From Azolla caroliniana (Eukaryota > Plantae > Polypodiophyta), in contig JBHGNT010000003.1 in assembly GCA_043228905.1 (NCBI GenBank), positions 2,604,001-2,668,000 on the forward strand: DNA of 64,000 bases, written 5' to 3'. Each line of letters starts with the position of its first letter. Position 1 is the first letter of the stretch. A model generated the notes under the pieces. That model was given only the letters and a program-made list of their open reading frames with translations, made no database searches and was not told the DNA's origin. A program made the translations under genes and the position numbers. Shown here one piece after another: positions 49,701-59,500 of the stretch.

Positions 49701-50777
49701 TATAAAAAGTTTGATTCTTTTATGGTGAATCAAGGTTATAAAAGAACTAATGCGGACCATTGTGTGTATGTTAAACAATTTGAGGATGGTAATTTTATTA
49801 TACTTCTTTTGTATGTTGATGATATGCTAATTGTTGGGCAAGACCTAAATATGATTAATAGGTTAAAAGTGGAGTTATCTAAAACTTTTGACATGAAAGA
49901 TTTAGGGCCTTCTAAGCACATTTTAGGTATGCAAATAACTCGTGATAGAGAATCAAAGAAATTGTGGCTTTCACAAGAAACGTACATAGAAAGAATCCTC
50001 GAAAGGTTCAACATGCAATATTTGAAACCAGTAAGTACTCCTCTTGCCACTCACTTTAAATTGAGTAGGAAATGTTGTCCAATTACCGAGGAGGAAAGAG
50101 ATGAGATGTCATCGATTCCCTATGCCTCGGCAGTTGGATCTTTAATGTATGCTATGGTTAGCACACGACCAGATATTGCACATGCAGTTGGTACAGTGAG
50201 TAGGTATCTCTCTAACCCTGGTAAATCTCATTGGAATGCCGTAAAATGGATTTTACGGTATTTGAGAGGTACATCTAAGTTGTGCATTTGTTTTGGAGGT
50301 TCTAAACCAATTCTTGAAGGCTTTACAGATGCGGACATGGCTGGAGATCTTGATGGTAGAAAATCTACATCCGGTTTCTTATTTACTTTTGCAGGGGGAG
50401 CTATATCATGGCAATCCAAATTGCAAAAGTGTGTTGCCTTGTCCACTACGGAAGCTGAATACATTGCGGCAACTGAGGCTGGCAAAGAAATGCTTTGGAT
50501 GAAAAGGTTTCTTTTAGAATTGGGTTTGAGCCAATTAACTTATGTGGTTTTTTGTGATAGTCAAAGTGCAATGAACCTAAGCAAGAACTCAATGTATCAC
50601 TCACGAACAAAACATATTGATGTGAGGTATCATTGGTTACGATTAGCTATCGAGGAGCAAACGTTGCAACTAGAGAAAGTTCACACTGATGACAACGTTG
50701 CTGACATGCTAACAAAGGTGGTTCCAAGGGAGAAGCTTGAGCTATGTGCCAAGCTTGCCGGAATGGAGATGAATTGA
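46761..50777 (+). CDS. Copia gag-pol polyprotein (1338 aa, intact)
   Basis: CHFCGKTGHIKKYC knuckle, WVLDSGASHH protease, LWHKRLSH, HSDVCGP/DNGGEY/NGLAERMNRTL integrase, QLDVKTAFLHG/YVDD RT, DADMAG/EAEY RNase H; IN precedes RT (copia order). Confidence 0.97.
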   Translation: MEANTSTMVVLNGTNYQKWKGKMKDLLFVKNMHLPIFAKIKPEKKNNEEWDFENEQVCAFIRQWVGDNVLNHIVNETNAKTLWNKLETLYASRTGNNKLFLLKQAMHLTYKENKSVLDHLNEFQGCFDQLSSMGIKFEEEVLSLWLLNTLPESWETFRVTLASAAPKEGMTMELVKSGILNEEIRRRTQGASSNMDAFVAENRGRSQKRSDDRNNKGRSRSKSKSKYKDLVCHFCGKTGHIKKYCFKWKKENKVSNYMKDKKNVNDNIDSVNVASSNDLLVVCTSYNEVNISSHETTWVLDSGASHHVTSRRDFFSSYTPGDYGVVKMGNDGFAKVVGTRTICLQTNTGFKLILHQVRHVPDIRLNLISTGTLDDEGYSHASQNGKWKICKGSMIIAKANKCCHNGLYLLQASVSTDFVNAVENQDVSKLWHKRLSHISEKGLDFLAKKNVLPGLKDVKLDTCDHCLAGKAKRVSFKHSSLRRKGILDLVHSDVCGPLKVRSMGGALYFVTFIDDHSRKLWVRMLKSKDQVFDVFKEFHVFVERETGKKLKCIRSDNGGEYCGSFDAYCREQGIKHQRTPPKTPQLNGLAERMNRTLVERVRCLLSDARLPKSFWGEALNTIAHIINLSPTTALQGDVPNRVWYGKDVSYDYLHVFGCKCFVHIPKDERSKLDAKSKQCIFIGYGQDDFGYRCYDPVGKKLIRSRDVVFIEDQTIEDIDKAERSNTPSDGDLVDIEPIPMMDDDTQESASQQEEQHEDVVEPLIIDDASNDVVLPETGLERGEELPLQEVANQPLRRSTRERRPSMRYPSSEYVLLTNDGEPESFHDVQTLKDKDSWVEAMHEEINSLKKNNTFELVELPKGRKALKNKWVFKLKRGDDNFIKYKARLVVKGYGQKKGIDFDEIFSPVVKLSSIRIVLGLVASLNLELEQLDVKTAFLHGDLDEEIYMEQPEGFKEKGKEHLVCRLKKSLYGLKQAPRQWYKKFDSFMVNQGYKRTNADHCVYVKQFEDGNFIILLLYVDDMLIVGQDLNMINRLKVELSKTFDMKDLGPSKHILGMQITRDRESKKLWLSQETYIERILERFNMQYLKPVSTPLATHFKLSRKCCPITEEERDEMSSIPYASAVGSLMYAMVSTRPDIAHAVGTVSRYLSNPGKSHWNAVKWILRYLRGTSKLCICFGGSKPILEGFTDADMAGDLDGRKSTSGFLFTFAGGAISWQSKLQKCVALSTTEAEYIAATEAGKEMLWMKRFLLELGLSQLTYVVFCDSQSAMNLSKNSMYHSRTKHIDVRYHWLRLAIEEQTLQLEKVHTDDNVADMLTKVVPREKLELCAKLAGMEMN

Positions 50778-50818
50778 GACACAAGCAATTCTCTCCTTGT
50801 GTGACCGGAGGGGGAGAT

Positions 50819-51703
50819 TGTTAATTATCCGGTCACTATTTTGTTTTGGTTTTTTTTTAATAACATTTATTATTATTATTATTATTAGATAGTAATATGA
50901 AACAAAACAAAAGTTTTGTTTCTTTAGTAATTATTACCCTTACTTTATTCTTTAAAAGGGTAAATGTAAGTTACGTTTTTTAGTGAGTAAAGAAAGAAAA
51001 TAATAATAGTAATAATAATAATAAAGAGTAAAACAAAACAAAACGACCGTTTTTGTTTTGAGAGAGACAAAGAGAAGGTGGAAAGGAGATATATATATAT
51101 GGGAAGAGATGAGAACAAAGCATGAGAGCGTGAAGGAGAGTGAAGCATTGTGAAGCATAGAGAAGCTTAGTGAAGCTTGGTGAAGCTTGGTGGAGCTTGG
51201 TGAAGCTTGGTGGAGCTTGGTGGAGCTTGGTGGAGCTTGGTGAAGCTTGGTGGAGCTTGGTGAAGCTTGGTGCTCGACTCATCTACTCTTAATCTTCTTT
51301 CCATCTCCGCTACTCAACGTGAGATCTACACGGCTACTACTTCGACTTGTGGACATTCTTATCCGGGTTTTCTTCTCTCTTCTTTTCTACTATATGCTTG
51401 AGAGATAGTCTTATCCCTTTGGATTATTGTACCATTTTTGTCGGTAGTATTATGCTACATATCTCTACATATTTCTAGTATATCTAGAAGTAGAACTTGT
51501 ACTTTGTGTTGTATCTCTTTCTTGATAGTGGATTGGTTTTGGACTTTTGTGCCGTGGTTGTTTCCCTCATTGAGTGTTTTTCCACGTTAAATCTTGTGTA
51601 ATCTTTTTTGTGCCATTGTGTGTGTTTCTTGTGTTTCCTTTTTCATTATAATCGAGCATAAAACGTGACGCGTGTTACACTCTTACGTGTCTATACCTCA
51701 TCA
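50819..51703 (+). repeat. 3' LTR (885 bp) of the intact copia
   Basis: TGTTAATTATCCGG...CTATACCTCATCA directly after the PPT; near-identical to 44418-45290. Confidence 0.95.
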
Positions 51704-51877
51704 CGATGACCCATCACAACACATTTGCAAATCACAACAGCTATCACAGTTATGTGATCACATTTATGAAACACAACACTCAGTTTTTCATATCTACTGA
51801 GTTTTTTCCAAGTTATTCATATCTATTGAGAGACAACATTTAGGCATCACATGAATTTTTGCCACATTTAGCCTATC

Positions 51878-52312
51878 CATTATTCAAACCCTCTGGTCTA
51901 TAGCCCTGAGATATCCTCCAACTAATGATCTGACTCTCGATACCATCTTCACTTATGAATTCTTTCTGTTTCTGTGTGCAACTGACTCCGACTCCGCAAA
52001 ATTGAGCAGTACAGTCTCTCCCGAACACTCTGCAAAAATGACATCATAGCCAAGCAATTTTTCAAGGACTTTGTTCTTGATGGGAAACCAAATTCCCATG
52101 CCATTTCTAATGAAGCTCATTGAAGAGTTTTCAAAGACCACCAATTCCCATGACCACCGAATCCTTTGTGGATGGAACAAGCAGCTCACAAGATAACTAC
52201 ATGTACATTCCCACGACTACCAAATCCTTTCCGGAGAGAAGAAGCAGCTCACAAGCTAACTATATATTGCAATTGCCTGCCAACAATTTCACAGCTCTGT
52301 AAAGTGGGAATC
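51878..52312 (+). pseudogene. DUF247 copy G, decayed fragment of B type
   Basis: CATTATTCAAACCCTCTGG, LMGNQIPMPFLMKLIEEF, and the B-type loop repeat PNPLWMEQAAHKITTCTFPRLPNPF followed by LPTISQLCKVGI. Confidence 0.8.
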
Positions 52313-53960
52313 ATGAACATTGAATACCTTCACATGAAATGGCAAATGGGAATGAGAACCAGTTTCCAATATTTTACACCACTTGCCATCTCACTAACAT
52401 ACATTCCACACCTTTTTGAATTAGGTGATAGCCAATTCAAAGGTATCACTTTATGATGATACAATATATTTCTAGTGACTTGCAGCAAGAGTGTACACCT
52501 AAGAAACATCATTTCCTTCCATGCCATGGTTGAACATTGTAATTTCTCTCAAATAAGTCCATAAATTAAAGGTATACATCATTATTGTTAATTTGCATAT
52601 TCAAATTGCAACAAATTGGAATTTAGTGTCCACCACATCATCTCCCACTTTTACAACTCCCATTAATCGTAACAAACAAGTGAATTAATTTCTCAATTTC
52701 TCTTTTCCATGCCAATGCAACAATCAAGAAGGATGCAACAATCAAGAAGAAGAGACGGGATTGATGGCTTTTCTATTGTGTTGTCTTCTTCTTTCTTGTG
52801 TCCCCCCCTTGAAAAATAACCTCTTTATGTTTTTGGTGCTATCTTGTTAGCCTTCTATCAACTCAGGGAATAAAGAGCTCAATCAGTACCCCAACATAGG
52901 TTGCTTGGTCACAAAATATTACACATAGACTAAATTTCCACATCAATGTGTCTAAGCAATGGCTTCATTGTCTTCAAATAGTTGGCACAACCATCTCACT
53001 TTAAGCTCTCTACATTATATTGTTGGATGTCATGTTTTTCCATATGAACATTGAATACCTTCACATGAAATGGCAAATAACAATTGCCAAAATCTCTAAT
53101 AAGTTCATCCAAATGTTATGATTTGCAGGGCATTTACAGAACCTATGTGTATTGTCCTGCATTGAAATGGTACAAAAGAAGCATGTGTTGGACCCTTGTC
53201 CTCGTGTGCTCTTAAGTTTGAGCTTAATGGGAGCCACCAATCATGATTTTCCATATGAACATTGAATACCTTCACATGAAATGGCAAATGGGAATGAGAA
53301 CCAGTTTCCAATATTTTACACCACTTGCCATTTCACTAACATACATTCCACACCTTTTTGCATTAGGTGATGACCAATTCAAAGGTATCACTTTATGGTG
53401 ATACAATATATTTCTAGTGACTTGCAGCAAGAGTGTACACCTAAGAAACAACATTTCCTTCCATGCCATGGTTGAATATTGTAATTTCTCTCAAATAAGT
53501 CCATAAATTGAAGGTATACATCATTATTGTTAATTTGCATATTCAAATTGCAACAAATTGGAATTTAGTGTCAACCACATCATCTCCCACCTTTACAACC
53601 CCCATTAATCATAACAGACAAGTGAATTAATTTCTCAATCTCTCTTTTCCATGCCAATGCAACAATCAAGAAGAAGAGACGGATTGATGGCTTTTCTATT
53701 GTGTTGTATTCTTCTTTCTTGTGTCCCCCCCTTGAAAAATAATCTCTTTATGGTTTTGGTGCTATCTTGTTAGCTTTCTATCAACTTAGGGAATAAAGAG
53801 CTCAATTAGTACCCCAACATAGGTTGCTTGGTCACAAAATATTACACATAGACTAAATTTCCACAACAATGTGTCTAAGCAATGGCTTCATTGTCTTCAA
53901 ATAGTTGGCACAACCATCTCACTTTAAGCTCTCTACATTATATTGTTGGATGTCATGTTT
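52313..53960. repeat. ~720-bp direct duplication (52313-53037 vs 53255-53960) with a third partial start at ~53043
   Basis: Near-identical text from ATGAACATTGAATACCTTCACATGAAATGGCAAAT to GGATGTCATGTTT; paired ORFs 52330-52527 and 53272-53469 are offset by 942 bp. Confidence 0.9.
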
Positions 53961-54944
53961 CTTGATCCCATTGTCTTTGTCACAAGTTCAGTGTTTGTGT
54001 TTTGCAAATATGTTATGATCAGTGTTGTATCTACTAACAATAATATTTAGAGAGTGACACATTAAATAACCAACAACTTTGTCTCAACTTTCACATCGCT
54101 AAAAAAAGATAAACTTTATCTCTAAAATTGAGACTTGTACAAAACCTTTCTCCAAGGAGTTAATTTTACTATGTTTGCGATCAGCTCATCAACACCCATT
54201 ACATGGACCACGCAAGGGAAGATGTGGACAAGTTTAGATGTGGTCTATTGGAGAAGTCTTGAGTTTTCATGCCAGGAAAGGAGAACTAGCCTTGAGAAGC
54301 TTCTCCAATTGTGTACAAATTACCAACCACGAACAATGTGCGAATATTTCAACAAATATGGTCGCATAATACTTCCTAATAAACGTGAGGTATTGAATAA
54401 GATGGCTATAGAGTGTGATGAAGGCGAAGGTAAAGCATGTGAAGAGATAGGAAAGCCATTGAATGATGTATGTAAAAACCTCGACGTTATCCTCCTCTTT
54501 CTTCTTCTTCTTAATAAACTATGGCTTTTCTCTTAATAAAGGTAGTATTTAGTTCTGAGATATGATGTTGATGATCCATGAGCTATTGATTAGTACTTCT
54601 TGGGTGTTTGGGTTTAGAGTTTGTCCTCGTCTCTAGGCTTTTTTCCATTGTTTCATTGTGGGGCGTAGGGAACCCCATTGACTATTTCTATGTAATGCTT
54701 CGGTTTTAATTGCAGAATACGACCGTTTAATATACGTTGTGCAAATTATGTGAACAATATTCGTGGTTTTCCAAATATATTGTATTTACAATCATTCATC
54801 CCCAGAGAACCAATACACTAAACAACTAACAACTTTGGCTAAACTTTCCAATCACTGAAAGAAGAAAAACTGTATATCTAAAATAGCGACCTTTGCAAAA
54901 CCCTACTACAATAAGGACAACTTTACTCATCTAACACTCATGAC

Positions 54945-55010
54945 ATGGACCACGTGGGAGAAGGTGTGGACAACATTGGATGAATGGTTTGGCTACGGTT
55001 TATAAAATGA
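54945..55010 (+). promoter_or_regulatory. CYP proximal promoter: G-box CACGTG (54951-54956) and TATA (55001-55007)
   Basis: Motifs directly visible about 120-170 bp upstream of the ATG; the context recurs in five remnant copies (TATA deleted in the ~54200 copy). Confidence 0.55.
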
Positions 55011-55122
55011 TGAAGAAGAAGGGGAAGGAAGAAGACCATGCTGCTTTGGTTCACTCTATGGGCAAAATCTGAAGATTTCACACCAGGAGAGGGGGAGAAC
55101 TTGCAATTGAGAAGCTTCAGCT

Positions 55123-56750
55123 ATGGTGAGCTTTATCCTTGTGGAGCTCATCATTGGGCTTATTCTTTCACTACTACTTTTCATAGCAAGATTACATCAG
55201 TTATGCAGACATTCAAGCAAGAAGGTTAAGCACCAGCACGAGAAGAAGCTGCCTTTACCACCGGGTCGTCTCGGCCTTCCATTCATAGGTGAAAATCTAG
55301 AGCTTTGGCGAGCAAACTTACAAGGGCTCCCATGGAAATTCATCGATGACCGCACCTCAGCATATGGAGAGACATTCAAGACGAGACTACTCGGCTTCCC
55401 AACAGTAGTTCTTGCTAGCCCTTTGGGTAACAAGGCAGCCTTCTCTAACGTCCACGTCTCTCTTCCCCCTAGCATCCTCGCTGTCCTCGGGACGCAATCC
55501 GTCATTGGACATGTCGGAGCTAACGCAACTCTGTTACGGAAGGCCGTCACGATACTCATGCGGCCTGAGTCTTTGCAAAGATACACGAGCCGAGTCGATC
55601 TCATCCTCCGCAGGTTCATTAGGGAGAATTTTGAAGGCAAATCCGAGGTCATTCTGGGCCCCCTGATGCAGAAGCTCACATTCTCTATAGCTTGTGAGGT
55701 TCTGGTTGGCCTAGTGGACACAAAAGATCAGGATATGCTCTTTCTTCGCTTCGATACGATGGTGAAATGCATGATGAAGATACCCATCAACATTCCTGGA
55801 ACGAGATATCATAAAGCACTTGCAGAATCTAATGCCATAAGAAAGCAGTTCACGACTTGGATCAATGAGAGAAGGCGAGCTATAGAGGCTGGCTCTGTTG
55901 CTGAGCATCCAGACATCCTCTCCGGTGTTCTTGCATATATGGAGAAGCAGGGGACACCATTGTCTGATAAGGAGGTGGAGGACAACATTCTCTTCTTGCT
56001 CTTTGCAAGCTACGATGCCACTACCGTCGCAGCCACCATGACCTGCAAATATCTTGCATCTGATCCCCACATAATGGACGAGGTTTACAGAGGTTTGTTT
56101 GCTACTCTTGTGAAATCTTATGATCTCTGTATGGATGTGCTTCTTATTGCTCTTGGTGTGCTCAGAGAATAAGGCTATGGCGGCAAGCAAGGCCCCAGGT
56201 GAGCTTTTGAATTGGAAAGATATCCAGAAGATGAAGCTTTCATGGAGGGTCGTTCAGGAATCGATGAGATTAACACCGCCAGCGCAATTGTCGTTCAGAG
56301 AGGCACAGGCAGAAGACATGAGCTTCGATGGCTTCAGGATCCCCAAATCATGGAAGGTGAACACAGATCGATCTGTCTGGCCTTAAAAACAACAGTTTAG
56401 AATCTAGATACATACATACATTCATAACATGCATTTATTTTCCTGCACAGATAGTGTGGTCTCCCAACTCGACTCATCGAAACCCTAAGTATTTCCCGGA
56501 CCCTGAGAAGTTCAATCCGTCGCGCTTCGAAGGAGTGGGCCCCGCTCCGTTCACGTTCGTCCCTTTCGGTGGCGGCCCCAGGATGTGTCCGGGCAACGAG
56601 CTTGCACGCATGGTCATATTGATGATCCTTCATCGCTTGGTCACTCGTTTCTCCTGGACCCTCAAGGACCCTAACGAGGCCGTTGTGGTGGATGTCATTC
56701 CCTTCCCTGTGAATGGACTTCCTATCCTCCTCCAGCCTCGCATGGCATGA
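55123..56750 (+). CDS. Cytochrome P450, CYP85 clan, CYP716/CYP725-like (probable terpenoid oxidase), 486 aa; exons 55123-56092, 56166-56356, 56451-56750
   Basis: N-terminal [15 protein letters not shown] hinge, [13 protein letters not shown]-helix [10 protein letters not shown], ExxR (ESMR), FNPSRFEG, heme motif [10 protein letters not shown]; two GT-AG introns (73 and 94 bp) join to an open 1461-nt frame; [44 protein letters not shown] is characteristic of CYP716-type enzymes. Confidence 0.9.
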
Positions 56751-58819
56751 TTCGGTTTGCAACAATAATAAGAGTCGTATCCTAGCTATATTTTTTATTA
56801 TTTAAAGATGTATGCCTTGGGATTGGGCACCTTACAATTAGATGTTTGGTGTTCAAACATACAATTATATAAATAAATTTGTCTTTAAAACACTACAATC
56901 ATACCAAAACTAAGTGGTGTCACCGCTACATGGGTAGTGCATGAGACATGTTGAATCGCCAATAAGCAAGACCAACATTGCACCGTGGAATGAATTTCGA
57001 CTTGCTCTAAAAAATAAAATCATTGCATCGATACTTCGATCAAATTTCATAGAATGTTCTAACTTCATGTCTACCACCAAATAAAAAAGCAATACATACA
57101 TCACAATTAGGACGTAATCCCCAGTATCTCTAAAATAGGAAAATGAACTCTATCTCTAATCAAGCTACATGAATTGTATAAATACCCATTATGATTCTAG
57201 TTGTGAAATAAAAACGTAAACAAACTTGTCAAATCCATGAAAAGTAACCCCAAATATGACAAACAATTAGATTTTATATGAATTAGGAGTATCATCTTCC
57301 ACTTGAATGTTTATATGCAAGCTAGGAGAGATGGGTTCATCCATTTGAAGTGTTACGTCTACCAACTAATTGTTTCACTGCAATGTGACAAATAGAGACT
57401 TTCCAACCCTTGATCTAGGTTGTAGATAGTTCGTAGAGATGTTAGATGGTTCATTCCACAGTCATTATTGGGTCTTAAAAGAGATGCGAAGTCTTGACTT
57501 TACGTGGTGTCGTGATGTGGTGGCCCGAAGGTAGGAAAGTGACTAAAACGAGGATAAGGAATGGAGTGAATCAATACTTGTGGATAATACCAATGTTGGG
57601 GTTTGTTACCATGACAACATTTGTCCTTATCCTTGTTTTTGTAGAGATTCTACCTAAATATACATTCAAAATTAGTGTAATATAAATGTTCAAATTAGGA
57701 TTATCGAAAACCTTAGGGAACATGAATGCTTAACAATAATGATATAAGACTTTTCATAAAGTGGGTATTTTTAGTTTTACAAATTTGGAAAAATGCACAT
57801 TTTTAAACAATCCTCATGCGGAACGGATAATCAATACCTTTCTAAATGCCTAAAAATGTTTCATATTGCTTGTTTCATACCAATAAGATATCAGCTAATC
57901 ATTATAGAAAGCAACATGGTTTTAAAATTGTGATATATATTAATGAGAGATTTCAGACGTTGTGATCGTGAAATCCATTTACCAAGGTTCATTTTGACTT
58001 TGAAATTGTTGGATTTTTGAGGAACGAACACAAATGCTAGCAACTAGATATCATCTCAACAATGAAAATGCTAAATAGCAATTAAAACACATCGAAAACA
58101 ATCTAATGCAATAATGGTAAGGCATAGAAATTTTAGAGAGCTTTTAGCAAAAGGGGACAAAATACTTGCTTGACACTGTTAATGCGATGTTCACAAAAAC
58201 TAATTTAAATTTAAGAATATCTGGGCTTTACATAGTTCTTCTCTTTTGGGTGTAATTGAAGGATTAAATGTAATACTCTCACATTTTCAATTAGGTCATC
58301 ACAATGTCTTTGCTTGTCATCATCATCACAATGTCATGATGAAAACGTGAGCACAAAATATATCAAAGAATCGAAAAGGAAGATGAGTTATAGAAAAGGA
58401 GATGTTAATAATGTAGGACATTTTCAGAAGTTAACAGTCTTCATGGATCCCACTAAAACTAGCTTACGATGCTTGCATATCATCATAAAGGATAAACGAA
58501 TTTCCACATGCAATGATAACCAATGATTTAGATTAGCTAAATTAGAATTTGGACAATATATATGAGTAACTTCAAATAATAAATGACAATATCCTTTTCA
58601 TATACTCCAATGGTTAGCTAGTTGTTCGTTAGTCTCCGATTTGACTTTCATGTTCTGAAGTAATTATTTATGGCGTCTAGATTTTGTTAGAAGTTCTCAT
58701 TCCGAGAGTACTAACAAAGTAATCTCAAGATAGTGATATAAATTCCTTGTGGGCCACTTAAATGTTGGGTTTAATGTCAACTTTCTGTACTTTTGACATT
58801 GTTTATCTTTTTTATTGTC

Positions 58820-59230
58820 GAAATGATACGAACATCAGGAGGAGGGGATGACTTTGGTGATAAAAGCACAAGATGGTGTTTTTTTTCCACCATTGAGAAT
58901 ATCCACTCAACTACTATTAATGCTAAATCTCAAGTTGTGTTAGAATTGGTTAGCCCAATAACTCTTTGGATTGTATGGAAGTAAGGATGTAAATGGTTCC
59001 TCTCCAACCAAATCGTGCATCCACTAATGCTAATGCAAGATATATGGAGTGCATTTGTAGCTACTTTAAGGAACCAATATGATAGCCTCATGTGCGGATT
59101 AGATGGAGTAGAAAGAAAACGATTAGCCTTTGTCCAACAATGGTCACCCTTTGCCTTTCTTGAGTCAATGAGCATCCATATAAGAATGAATCATCGCATC
59201 CCTACAAGGATTTGTATATAATAATCTCAT
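58820..59230 (+). mobile_element. L1-type LINE 3' remnant, inverted homologue of ~39480-39860
   Basis: ITLWIVWK...MQDIWSAFVATLRNQYD C-terminal LINE-like text; reverse-complement match to the 39.5-kb copy. Confidence 0.55.
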
Positions 59231-59349
59231 TAGAAAGGTAGTGGCAACTATAAGACAATGTGTAGACATTAGTGTCCTAGAACTTGTAGTAGTTATGGCA
59301 TAAACTCTCTGCCCTTTACGAAAGGGAAAACGCCCTAAATAAAACTTCC

Positions 59350-59498
59350 CTAATGAGGAAAATAGTGAGACTAAAGTAGATGGGGAGAGCATTGTAGCGC
59401 ACATCAGTACTTTCATGGGACTGGTGAATCAGTTAGCATCAACGACGTTCCCATTAGATGATGCTATGCAGGCCACACTACTACTATGTACTCTACTC
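59350..59498 (+). mobile_element. Copia gag fragment
   Basis: Reads DGESIVAHISTFMGLVNQLASTTFPLDDAMQATLLLCTL (UBN2-type gag). Confidence 0.55.
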
Positions 59499-59500
59499 GG

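Larger units (their letters stand above)
44418..51703 (+). mobile_element. Full-length, recently inserted Ty1/copia LTR retrotransposon (Tnt1/Tork-like)
   Basis: TG...CA termini; 5-bp TSD CGATG at 44413-44417 and 51704-51708; PBS TGGTATCAGAGC at 46718-46729 (initiator Met-tRNA type); PPT GGAGGGGGAGAT at 50807-50818; intact polyprotein; LTRs differ by about half a dozen substitutions plus repeat-number changes. Confidence 0.97.

Noticed and set aside
55123-56172. 349-aa ORF as a truncated P450
   Set aside because: It reads through intron 1; canonical GT-AG splicing restores a full 486-aa protein.
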